Part shown: piece after piece, positions 51,725 through 64,000 of the stretch | How the letters are laid out: every line of letters starts with the position of its first letter | How positions within the stretch are numbered: the first letter of the stretch is position 1 | Assembly (NCBI RefSeq): GCF_037042905.1 | Contig: NC_087251.1 | Location: 39,186,001 to 39,250,000, forward strand | Length of the DNA: 64,000 nt | From: Lytechinus pictus | Taxonomy: Eukaryota | Reading direction: 5' to 3' | Position numbers and translations under genes: made by a program | Notes under the pieces: model-generated | What the model was told of the DNA's origin: nothing | What the model saw: only the letters and a program-made list of their open reading frames with translations | The model's database searches: none

Positions 51725-54700
51725 TGGTGTGACATGATTTGAATTTACCACGCCATGCATAAAAGCCTACCTGTATAGGCCTACATGTTACATCCATACA
51801 ATAGCCCAGTGACCTCCCCAGATCAGTCTGTATGCACTTCAATTCTGTTTCTACACCATGTTTGTAATGAGGGTAACTGGACCAAGGACATGTTTTTCCT
51901 TCATGAATGCAACCTTTGTGGAATGTATGTTCAAGTTACACCCTGCCAAATTATACAGGATAATCACAGTCTAGAAATGAAGGAACCAAAATAATAAAGA
52001 ACTCTGTGCTAGATCATTCACCAAATAAATACCTGTACCGCACTCCGTCCTGCAGACCTTGGTGCAGTATATCCATAGGCTCTTATCACACATTGTATTG
52101 CGAGTAAAAAACAGCCGTTTTATTTTTTTCATTCAAACCACCTATATGTATCTGGTACAAAAACGTTAAAAGGGCTGTTGTTGACTCGCCGTACGGCCAC
52201 CGTAGGGGAACTGTGACTGCGCCATTAACATGCAATATATGTATATGTAGGCCTATATTATTCAACTTTTCATTAAAAATAGGAATAGTTCGCACCAAGT
52301 CTGCACCCGCTAAAGGGATGGTCCAGGCTGGAGATTCTATCTCAATACATAGAGTAAAATTCACAGAGAAAATGCTGAAAATTTGATCAAAATCGGATAA
52401 CAAATTACAAAGTTATTCAAGTTTAAAGATTTGCATTATTCCGGTGAAACAGTTCTAGGCATGTCGTCATGAATATTCATTAGGTGGGCTGATGATGTCA
52501 TATCCCCACTTGTTCTTTTGTATTTTATTATATGAAATTAGGTTAATTCAAAATTTATCTACCAAGAACTAAAAAATTGGATTGACAACTGATTAAGTGC
52601 ATTACTTATTTATTGCCACAAACATTTATGATTTCATGTAATAACATAAGAAAAAAGAAAGTGGGGATGTGACATTATCAGCCCATCTAATGAATATTCA
52701 CGACGATGTGCATAAAGTGTTTTCACAAAATTTTTATAAATTTTAAAATTCAAAGGAGGTGTGAGGGACTCTTGTACAGGCAGATCAAACCAACTCAAGA
52801 CGAATTCCGAGGGTGTCCATCTGGACTGAAAGGCCGCTACCTGCATTGGCTTTAACATGCAGACCGACAACAGGAGACTATATTTGTGTCATGTCATGAA
52901 TGATCTTAGACCATTTGATGGACAAGTGGATTTGAGTAGCCTACAACACAGGAAGCCCAGCAGCAATCAATTAGCACAAGAAGTATGGCGAAGCTGAAGG
53001 GAAGTGCTGCTGTCTCCTCGTACTCGATGAGATCTTCCCAACTAAAAGATGAGTTAAAAGTACAAATGTCCACCACTTCGCTTGCATCTTGAGATAAGGC
53101 CAGGTGTTTAACTGGTCAGAGTAATTACCGACATAAGAGTACATTGTAAAGTTTCTTTTATTTCCAGTCCAAATGAAATGGATATTTCATTTACCCCCCC
53201 CCCCACAGAAAAAAATATATATACATGTATATTATATATATATATAATCACTCATATGGCTTTTTGGATATGTATGAGGTTGGTGATTATTGTACAGAAG
53301 TAAATTTTATGCCTTTAATGAAATATTATCATTTTCACAATACTTTGTAATCCAATTTCCACTCCCTCCTCTTTTTCTTTTCCTTCTTTTCTTTCTTCTT
53401 CTCCTTCAATCCTCTTATTCTCCTTCTTCTTCCTCTTCTTCTTCTCATTTCTCTTTTTCTTCTCCTTTCTCTTTTTCTTCCTCTTTTGAGATGTTTACAT
53501 CGGATTTCTTTCCTACCCAAGGCAGGCCCCGGACCAGCCCCGGGCCACCAATTTTTTTTAAAATGTAACAGGGGTCTTAGAGTCGCACTTGAATGCCGAA
53601 GCGTACACGATATGGAATGCGCTATCTTATTGATCATTATGCAGTTAAGCGCTTCCTCTTCATACAGTATGATCTGACCAATGGGGTCATGCCTTTCAGA
53701 CCGCACGCAACTAGACATTTACATGTAAGTGCAACTCTAAGCCATACTTAAATCGTTGTGAAACACCCCTCCCTGTTCTCTCGCTCACCTTACAAATATT
53801 TAAAACACATTTAAAATCATTGTTTAGCGGAGGTTTTAAGGGGAGGGATTGTATAATGATCTTTCTTCAGATTATCTTTAGTATTTAAATATCCAACCTA
53901 CAAACATACTTAAAACTAAAGTAACACAACCTCCTATAAAAATGGCTAATACTTTAATACATCAAGTATTCTGTCTATATCAACTGCATTACAGCATTTT
54001 TTTTTAATACCTAACAGTACTTATTTCATTAACTTATTTGATCTTGTTGTTTCAGCACAATATTTAAAGCAGCATTATTGGCTACATGCCATAGCTAGAG
54101 CTACGCAAGTACATTTTACTTCCTGACGTTCCTAGATATGTTTCATATATCAAGGATTCAAGGACTCTTTATATCTCTTACATTTATACAGATGTATCTG
54201 ATTATGATTATTCATGCTAAACTGCTTGAGTTATCTTTGCAAGTCTATTATAAGCCTACAGTAAATGTGGTTGATTGTAAGAGTTTAGTATATCAAAAAT
54301 TATACAGATGATAGGCCTACACCATGTATCTAAAATATTGACAAAATTACAAGTTAACCAGCCTAAAAAAACAACTGAGTAAAAGTACATTGATTTCAAA
54401 ATTATATTATTCTATTATTTGCTCTCTCTTTTTTTTTTTTTTGGGGGGGGTCATTTTCATAATTTAAAAGCACACAAAATTGCGTGTGTACGGCTAATAT
54501 CTTCAATGAAACAGTCATTTGTTTCTTGTAATACACTGTCCTTCTTTTGAATCGTATCATTACTTTTTGACTTGCAGATCACAAGATTCCCCCTTAATCT
54601 GTGCCATGTATGAACTGCGCAAACAAGACCTCTCCAAAATGCAAATAAATGCAAGAACTTTCTGGACAGCAAGCCAAGAACCCTTTAAACAAATCTATGC

Positions 54701-55862
54701 AAATATCAACAGCATACAGACAGCAAGTTATGCAACCTTTTGAGAGCTCTGTTTGCATTTTTTCTCACCATGCTAAAGCATTTGGTGGCCTGAATCTGAC
54801 AAGCATACACACTACCCCTCTACCCCCCCTCCCAGTTTGTGATCATCTATCATGTCAATAGTTTATTTTATAAATTCATCACTAGTATCACTACCCATCC
54901 AATTACAATAATAGTATTGCATTTAATAGTTAAGATAAAAAAAATATTGTTATGGCAAAGCTATTAGTGTTGACAAAATATTATTGTTTGTAAAATATCA
55001 TCAAGTATACTGTAGAGTAGGCCTCTGCTAAAAAATTAACTCTGTATTAAAAGTAAAATTGTCCTTGTCACACAACAAGTATAGAATGGCAGCAAGTTCA
55101 ACCACACAGAAGCAACAAAAGTTGTTTCTCCATGGTTCAACATGTAGCCTATGTAATGTAGAGTACAGTCCTGTACGAGTGTAATGCATTCTTGACATTC
55201 TAATTTCATCTAGAGGAGTTGGCATTTAGAGGCCAGCAGGAAAGCAATTTACTGGTGCTAACTTCTTTCACTTACATACTAGTTATACATAGAAGAAAAC
55301 AGCTGCTAACTCCACTTGTGCATTGTATGTGTCTGATATTTGATTTTTTTCTTTGAGATAAATAGTCCCTTTAATATGAGGATACAAGTAATACAGCTAC
55401 AATATACAAGTAAACAGTGTACATGATTTGTAGACCAAAGGTATCCAAAGGAACTGTTGCTGCGCCAGAGCCATGAGCGTATTTGGACGGTGTGTGCACT
55501 CAATAAGACATCACTATTAATTTGTATTATCATTATCAAAATTGACTCAATTGAGACCATCATTTCATTTTAATAGGGCATTTCAAATTTGTAATTGCAT
55601 GGGTCTCATTAAATTAAATGCACAGTATATCTACCCTATGTGTAAATTTTATATGATGGTCCTGCAGCAAATCACTTCCAGTTTACTCTAGAAGAACAGT
55701 TCAATGAAAATGCAATATCCATCTGAGCCAATACATGTACAACAAGCTTTACATTCACCACCACTACACTCATGTACGTGTAAGCCTACACACAATAACT
55801 CTATGCATAGCTAAGGGATGGTTCTCTCTCCATCAAATCATCACAATTCACTAAGTTCTTAA

Positions 55863-56257
55863 AGGTAAATGCTAGTTTTGGTAACGATATCAAAATGAGT
55901 TCGTACAGAATCCAATGAAATGACCACCAAAGTAACTGTTTGTATAAATAAAACGCATGTGCCAAAGGATTCTGGAAGAAATTTTGTAATTGCTGAGAAA
56001 TCAGCAAATAAGCACAGGATTCGGGTAGAGCGTCGGGCCCGACGCTCAAAGCAATAATTATACACAGTCCCACGTGCGCTTATCTGTGTTGGGGAAGTTC
56101 AGTCTGAACATTTTTCAGCGTAGATTTCAAGATTTCACAAAGTTCAGTTTATGTAACTGTACCAGATCTAGATCCTCGATGATATACTGACAATTAAGCC
56201 TGGTTTTACAGACTTTCTCATGAAATCAGTGTTTACTGCAACTACTGGAATTTCTCT
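55863..56257. mobile_element. Kolobok-like element
   Basis: TTAA on both flanks; imperfect TIRs AGGTAAATGCTAGT versus AGAGAAATTCCAGT. Confidence 0.5.
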
Positions 56258-58311
56258 TTAACCATGGATTCCTTTAAAACTCAATACTCTCTACCATTTC
56301 AACTACATGTATTACAGGTGGGATAACACTACTGAGCAGCAGCACATTGCGATTGTGCAGGTAGAAAATGATAGGTTGTTCAGTGTAAGCTACTTTAATT
56401 TTATAAGCAACTAAGGTCAGCTAAGCGGGCATAAAAAAAGGAAGTTAAGCTAATAAAATATTATAGGTCATAACTGAAGGGAAATCAGGTTGACGATTAA
56501 AACAAATCAAGGCAGGCCTAAATATAGATTAAACCACCAGCTGCTCTCCACGGTCATGTTTCGACATTAAACCCAAACAATAAAATTAATGTACACCAAT
56601 TAACTTACAATATTCATATATTCATTGAGTTACAATATTAGTCAATGGTTAATTGGCCTTAAATACATACGTGGGCCTAATTCATTTTCACAAAGAAACC
56701 TGAATTATGCCTACTTCTTGGTTTGGGGGATTTATTTTGCTAGTATTTTACCATGATACATTATCTACATGTACAGGAATTTATATGTAAAGTCAAAAGA
56801 CAACCTATTGAACTATATGGAAGGGCAGGGATTTCCCCTTCCTGTGCACGATGAACTGAACAGGCTTTAGTTTAACATGAAAAAAGAGTCCTTTATTTTC
56901 AGGTGATGTGTGTGTGTGTTTGTGGCTTTTTCAGAAAAAAAAAACACATTATTGATATCGCAAAGTTTTCATCATAAATAGCGAGAAAATTTATTTGAAA
57001 AGCATTTCTGATGATTGAAATTGTTGTCATGAGATGTGAGCAATGTAACCAAGAGTCCAAGACCCCAAAATATTCACGATTGTCTCACTTTCTAACCTTC
57101 AAACAAACATTTGAACAAATTTTGCTCAAAACCCATTTCCTATTTGACTCTAGATGATATTTTTCTAATATGAAAACCCTCTGACAGAAATGAAATCCAT
57201 CTTTTCTACCATAGTCCTCTAGCTTCACAAAATTTTCAGAAGAGACCATTCATCTAACATGCATTCTAAAATTGTAGACAGCTGGTGATGTCTTGCGATT
57301 GGCATGCCTCTCCCTAAGTGGCTTCCATATACTTGTAGCAAGAATGTAATATGTATGAAGCACTAGAGGAGAAGCAGGCAAGCTAGCGGGCCTCTTGAGA
57401 TACAGTGACTAGCCCTGCTGAGATCAATGAGTAATCCCATGACACATGTATAATTGCTACTCTAATACATCAACTTACACAAAAACCCTGTGTAGTTTTG
57501 TGGGAGCAATGTAATATACATGTATCACTAAATCTCTTGATAAGATAACTACACATAAAAACCTACAAAAAATATATCCAATTTAGTGTTAATGAGATAA
57601 TGCATATAGAATACCTCACAAAATAAAATAGTGCCTATATACACAATATTACAGAAACCGAATCCAAAGGATTTTCCCACACGCAATTAAATTTCTTTGC
57701 TAAATAATGCCATTTATGACTTAGGATTCATTTTTGTTTAAAAAACCCATTAAATTCTGTTGTCATGTGGAATAAAAAGAAATAATCAAACATATTTGTT
57801 TCAAGTGATTTGATGAGCTTGCGCTCACTTCCTTGGCAATATTAAACTAAACTCTATCTTTCATTTCTTATGAAAGATGAGTACATCAATCACCCTGAAA
57901 GTGGATAGTATGCAGAATTCTTACATCACCTTCACCGACAGAAATTATACTCAATATAGTTGGTCTCATCTCTTTCATACATAAGAGCAGTTCCATCCTT
58001 ACTCAATTTTGCTTTTTTTTATACTTTTTTAGTATGGAAATTAAAAAGGTGGAAAAGATACCATACACAAATCAGCGTGGCTCACTAAGAGAATTTTATT
58101 CCACCTCATCGATATGTTCCAAAATTTAACTTTAACTTCCTGATTCCCATTATTTAAGCCCCATTTAAGGACATCTTTCTTTAAGTCAAGAATCACAGTT
58201 CTGAAAATCACTTGGTTGAAAACATTGATTAATTCATACAATATTCAAGAAAATCATGGTTGGGTTTAAAAGTTACACAAGCAGAAAAATCAAATTTTTA
58301 CAGATGAGTTT

Positions 58312-59087
58312 GGGGCAGTTCCACGATTACGGAGTGACATTCAGAAACAAGTTTTTAGCATTCAAACAAAGATATCACCCATATTTAAATAGTTATTTGT
58401 AAAGAAATGGTACCTGACAGTAGTTGCTGAAACCCACTTTTCAAAATAACCATTGTTATTTTGATCCACTGAATTAATGAGATATGAATATTCATAAACA
58501 TGGTTACGGAGTGACGTAAAATGGACATACATGTACATATTTGAGGCGAAAACATATTGCTCAAACTCTGAACTTTAAATGGCTATCACAATGTTGAGTT
58601 ATTGAGTGGATTCTATGTTGTTCTAGCTTTAATATGCTGCAGTACATCAAAAAATTTGTGTATTTTTTCATTAATTACAACTTAAAACATAAACCCATAC
58701 CCGGTTAAGGAATGACGGTTACGGAGTGACATCTGAAATATTCACATACAGGCAACGTAAAATAAACTTATATTTTAAAACTTTCTTTTGATATGATGTA
58801 AAATGATAACCTTCAGATTATCCAAAAGAAAATTTTACAAAACAAGCAATAGTTTTCTGTTAAATTGAAATTATTAAACAGTATATGTAGTCCCATGTAT
58901 ATAATTTTTTGTATGGTTTGGATTCTCCTATAAGGAGATGGTAAGAAAAAAAAATTGTGGCTAATTATGTTCCCCTTTTGTATTTATGAAATTCCATATG
59001 AGTTTTGATAGAAAAATTTGATCCAGATTTTGAAATAGAGCCAATATAAATTTTTTGAAAATGTCCACTTTTGCTTGGAATTGCCCT
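58312..59087. mobile_element. Probable DNA-transposon remnant
   Basis: TIR GGGCAGTTCCA / TGGAATTGCCC; TTACGGAGTGAC repeated three times internally; TSD not clean. Confidence 0.5.
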
Positions 59088-60172
59088 TTGCCAAAAACCA
59101 CCATTAATTTAATCACAAAATTAAATATTAATTAAATCAAAGGGCAAAATCCAAACTTGGTAGTAAAATCATTTGTGTGAAAGGAGCAAAAAGAAAAAAA
59201 TCAGTAACTTTTTTCAAAGAAATCAGACAATGAATCAGTAATTTGAAGCATTTCTTTTCATGAGATCACTTACTAAATTCTGCAAAAATTAGCAAGTTTG
59301 TCCAAGGTCATATTACACATACATAGTACATGTAGTTTTCAGTATTTTGTTTCATTTCTATAGATGGGGAAATTTCGGGGTCGGTGGGGGATTCCTGTAC
59401 TCTTACAAAATTTCTACCATCGAGATGTCATTGGATCTTAAAGGGATGAATTAAGAAAATATGCTTATAAATACCTGGAGGCCATTTTAAAAATATGTTG
59501 CAATAAATTCAAACCAAAACTGTGGTTGATCTAAAATTGTGAAGTTGAGATATCAAATCAATCGCACTTTGAGTTTGACCTGAATCTATCGTAGGGACAG
59601 TGATTTTCCGATTTACAGGTAGATACAGAAATTCTGTTTGGTTCTTATACTTTTCATGTAAAAATTCATGGAATTCAGCTTTTTGCTGTGTACATTTTCA
59701 GTGACAAAACAGAATTTCCATTTCTAGATCAAGTTGAAACGGAATTACAGATTTTTAGAAACGGAAAATACAATTTTTTTAACGGAAATTCACTGTCTCT
59801 ACTATCATTACTCTTTGTAAGACAGGGCCTAGAAACATTTAGACGAAATGAAAAGGCAACAATTCAGGTACGCCATGCACCATCATTAAGAACACTCAGC
59901 GGGCAGATTTTGTTGTTAGTCCGGTGCAGCAACCAGTGGCATGCGAGATGGAAAACATTTTATTGGCACAATGATTACCGTAAGAATCACAACACTGTAA
60001 ATATCTTGATGAATAATTGACTGCTTTGCTCGGGCCATTTCCATCTGACCTAAAGGATTTCAACTATTATTGAATTACCAGCTGAATCATTGATTATCAT
60101 TTTATATCCCGGATGAAGTTGAAGATGGCATCAAAAACGACAAAAAAATGACAGCATACTGAAAGTACTTAC

Positions 60173-60356
60173 CCCATTCTATGAAGTTGGTGACACTCTT
60201 CTCTCTGCGTAGTGTGGAGGCATGGCACTCGTCATGAAGAAGGACCAGTACATCCAATAAACTTTCCAAGCTGAGGGTAGACCCACTGCTCTGTGGCACC
60301 CCATTCAGATAGAGCTTCTCTAGGGTCTTCAGTCTGACCTCTGCATGGTTAGACAT
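60173..60356 (-). CDS. CDC42BPA: MRCK coding exon 1 (MSNHAEVRLKTLEKLYLNG...LRREKSVTNFIEW), 184 nt, phase 1
   Basis: ATG in GCCATG context; donor TGG G|GTAAGT at 60172; MRCK N-terminal extension. Confidence 0.93.
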
Positions 60357-60817
60357 GGCGACAGCACAATGTGCACTTCTCCCCCTCCTCCAGCCAAGTA
60401 AAGTTCAATCAGACTGGATCGATGTGCGCACCAGTCAGGACTATACGCTTGTTATTTTCCTGAGCTGGAAATCATTTTGAGACAAGGAAAAAATGATCAG
60501 CTAGAAATTATAGTAATTAAATTTTTTCAACGACTCTAAAGATGTACATGAACAATTGTTAAGAAGAAATGAAAGGAGTGTGATGAAGCCCTTAAAATAT
60601 TATTATGTTTTTTTATAAAAAAAACAAGAACTCTACACACTCACTTTAAAAGTTGACCTCCAGTAGTATTTTTTGTAATCCAGATGTTTTGGGACCTAGA
60701 ATAATTGCATTTCATGTGAAATTCAGTGAATGCTGTGTTCTTCCAGAACTATGTGAATTTCTATGTTTCCCTTCATGGGGAAAACTGGGAAATTTACTTC
60801 TTCTTTTTTTAACTTAA

Positions 60818-61422
60818 AGGTCAAGTCCACCCAAGAAAATTCTTGATTTGAATAGATAGAGAAAAATCAAATAACCATAACGCTGCAAATTACATCGAAA
60901 TCGGATGTAAAATAAGAAAGTTATGACATTTTAAAGTTTCGCTTATTTTTCACAAAACAGTTAAATGCACAACTCAGCGATATGCAAATGAGAGAGTCGA
61001 TGATGTCCATCACTCACTATTTCTTTTGTTTTTTATTGTTTGAATAATACAATTTTTCAAATTTTACAGATTTGACAATTAGCACCAACTTAACTTAACC
61101 ATAAACTGTTAAAATAATGGTAATTCCACATGTTCAGGGAAAAATAAAAGTTTGTTTCACTTGAAAAGGAGGAGAAAATTATAATATTTCATATTTCGTA
61201 TTATAAAATACAAAAAGAAATAGTGAGTGGGTGACGTCATCAGTCTGCCAATTTGCATACCGACCAGGATGTGCATATAACTGTTTTGTGAAATTAAGCG
61301 AAACTTTAAAATGTCATAAATTTCTTATTTTACATCCGATTCTGATGAAATTTTCAGTGTTTTGCTAGTTGGATTTTTCTCCTCTTTTTCAAATCAACTT
61401 TTTGTTGAGGTGGACTTGTCCT
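60818..61422. mobile_element. Complete Kolobok-like foldback MITE upstream of the ATG exon
   Basis: TTAA|AGGTCAAGTCCAC ... GTGGACTTGTCCT|TTAA; inverted arms over 200 bp. Confidence 0.85.
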
Positions 61423-62206
61423 TTAAGGTGCTAATTTGATGAGTAGTTTAGGCCAATAATACCCAAGCAGGGAAAGGTGGCGAAAGGTGGTTAAAAGCCT
61501 AACATGAAGGAACATACTTAAATTCACTGCCCTTTTCCACCTCGTACAGTAGAGAAAGGCACTGAATTCTCCTTGCAATCATAAATAATAATTTTAAAAA
61601 AAGCACTCGTGACCCCAGCCTTCTCCACTTAGGCAGAACTCCATCGCACACTTCACATCCACCAGCGCAAAAGGCAGTCTGAAAGGGTACACATTTTCTT
61701 TGCCGGTGAGGATTTCATGCGTGCTTCTAAATTTAAACAGTAACTTCAGCAGGTGAAGGGGATGAGCTCATAATGAAAGGGGTTTAATGCGGAACTCATC
61801 TCTGAGATAATCCCAATATTTACCCTAAGATATATTAACATTAAACATGTACTGTAATCATGAGATGCAGCTCAAGCACAGAATATCACAACAAAGCATA
61901 TAGATCTACACAGAATTCAAATGTTATCAATGACACGTTTGTCTACCCCGACATATTTGCAAAAGGGATTCCCATTAATCAATTAAATGATAAGGTTCCT
62001 ACCCATGAAATGTATCACTGTTTTTTCACTTGGATTCTTATTATTTGATATCAGTCAAAGTTCAAAGAACATTATTTGAAATTTAGCTTTTGATATTTGA
62101 AGCTCAAGTTAGATTTTTTGTCAAGACGGCAGGGGCAAGAAATATCTCAAACAAACTTGAACTTTTTTAAGTGCGTCTTGTAGCTTGGCAAAGGACAAAG
62201 AGAACT

Positions 62207-63135
62207 AGATGGCGACGTAAACTTCGATAAGTTTTTTCCCAGTCTTCTCAAAATATTTTTCTTGTTTTTTAATGAATTTTCGTTAAAAAATGAAATCAAT
62301 ATCGTATAAATGTCGGAAATGAAGTTGTATCCCATTTCCTACATGATTTAGGGATAGATCTTTTAGAAGGAAAGTAGAAATCTCGGAGGCGAAAATTTCA
62401 GTTTTTTTCGCGGTACACGCATATGAATGGAACGCAATCCCTGGCTCCGTGGAGAGTAAGCACACGTTAGCGAATGATTTTTACTCTACAGTGCGAGTCA
62501 GAAAAAATGTTACACTTTTTAAAGCAAGTGTTTTTGAAGAAAATGTGGGATTCAGAGAGAATTTCTAGCATGTATAGATAGAGTAAATATTCCTTTGTCA
62601 CTTGGTAACATTTGTTTTAGTGTTGTTATGATTGAGTGCACAATATCCATTGTTTGAAAAAGTGTCAAAACCCATTTGCGCCAAGTCAGGTGATTACCTG
62701 TACCCGCTGAAACAGATACAAGAGCATTCACACAAACAATGAGCGTGAAGTAGAAGTGAATGTTTATTAATCAAGAAAATAAACAAGAGAACCAGTAAAT
62801 CAATAAATCATCTTCACTGAAAAGTTCCTTTTCATTGTCATTTTGGCCACAACTTGGATAAAGCTTCCCGCCTTCAATCTTTGCATGCTGTCGCCAAGCG
62901 AAAGACAATGAAATCAAGATGGCGACGTAAACAAAAATGAAATCAATATCGTAGAAATGTCGGAAATGAAGTTATATCCCATGTACATGATTTAGGGCTA
63001 GATCTTTTAGAAGTAAAATACAAATCTCGGGGGCGAAATTTTGAGGTTTTTTGGCGGTACGTGTAGATGAATGCAATAGAATCCCTGGCTCTGTGGAAAG
63101 TAAGCTTACGTTAGTAAATGATTTTTATTCTCTAG
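62207..63135. repeat. Local direct duplication (~62207-62488 and ~62917-63135) separated by a one-ended Tc1-like fragment
   Basis: AGATGGCGACGTAAAC...AAAATGAAATCAATATCGTA.AAATGTCGGAAATGAAGTT...ATCCCTGGCTC.GTGGA in both copies; TA|CAGTGCG at 62487. Confidence 0.75.
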
Positions 63136-64000
63136 GAGCTTCATGGCTAAGTAAGACTAGACAGCTGGCAGCTGTTTCGAGGAGTTTTTTAAACATTTTT
63201 AATTTTTTTTAATTTCTGCTCGTACACAGACGGCTCGCTATCATGCAGCCACCATTAGGGAGTTAACAATGCAAAATACCCCCTGACGAGGCTCATCGAT
63301 TTTTTTATTCCATAAAAATATATAAAAAGAACTGTACCAAAATAAAGATTATTATTCCGTTTTGGCCTGAAATGCACCAAAACTGGGAAAAATAAACTTA
63401 AAAGGGGAAAAAACAGTGACTTACTTCGGCTGTCGTGCAACTTCACTTCCCTGTTTTATCCGAACTTAATACATAAACATATGGCCATTGAGTTCCTGTA
63501 CAGATCGAGCTAGAACTTCAGTCTCTGCATTTGGTGAATGGAGCCAACGGAGTCCAGCAGAACAACCAACATAACAGAGACCAAAGCTTTTGGTCTAAGT
63601 AAGACCTGCTTGTCACTGTCTAGACAGGAATAACCATCATTTCTGGGGATTTATTTAACAATTTCTGACATTTTACCATTATCCCCATTCACCGACGGTA
63701 GTGTGTTAGTGCGAGCCTGCATGTGTAATCAGGACCACCAATTCGGGCGACCGGGTTTTGTCTAGATTTTTTTTAAATTCTAAATGACATTAATTATCTT
63801 GAACGAAGGCCCACTGTTTTCGTTAGACTCTAATCTTTCTTTTGATACTATACATATTGCAAAAAAATATTGAAAATATACGTTACCGATGATTTATTCC
63901 TTATTTTTTACATTTTTCTGACAGAAAGGAAAAAATGGCAGCTGTGTGTTGCTGCCCTCTACGTTCACAAGTTGTGCTTTTATCAAGGCTTTCCGAATTT

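Noticed and set aside
53335..53718. 127-aa ORF with Arg/Lys-rich tail
   Set aside because: Comes from a CT-rich low-complexity tract

Overview
Eukaryotic (metazoan) AT-rich genomic DNA; the repeat families and poly-G/C runs look echinoderm/sea-urchin-like, which is an inference. Almost the whole window is the 5' part of one minus-strand gene, a myotonic dystrophy kinase-related Cdc42-binding kinase (MRCK / CDC42BP / gek ortholog). I traced 14 coding exons by hand from the ATG at 60356 down to the window start. All have GT-AG junctions and join in frame (1751 nt, about 583 aa): N-terminal extension, complete AGC kinase domain, AGC C-tail with hydrophobic motif, and the start of the coiled coil. 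The introns (up to 27 kb) hold many non-autonomous DNA transposons, often nested: hAT-like with 6-7 bp TSDs, an Academ-like foldback, Harbinger-, Tc1/pogo-, Kolobok- and piggyBac-like MITEs, and three Helentron-associated (HINE/DINE-1/Tsp/Pearl-type) elements. The most unusual structure is in intron 9: a tandem array of about six ~200-bp copies of the 3' end of exon 9 (hydrophobic-motif codons plus donor). Most copies keep AG/GT ends and two are in phase to replace exon 9, so this may be a nascent mutually exclusive or poison-exon array. Most ORFs in the supplied track are spurious.
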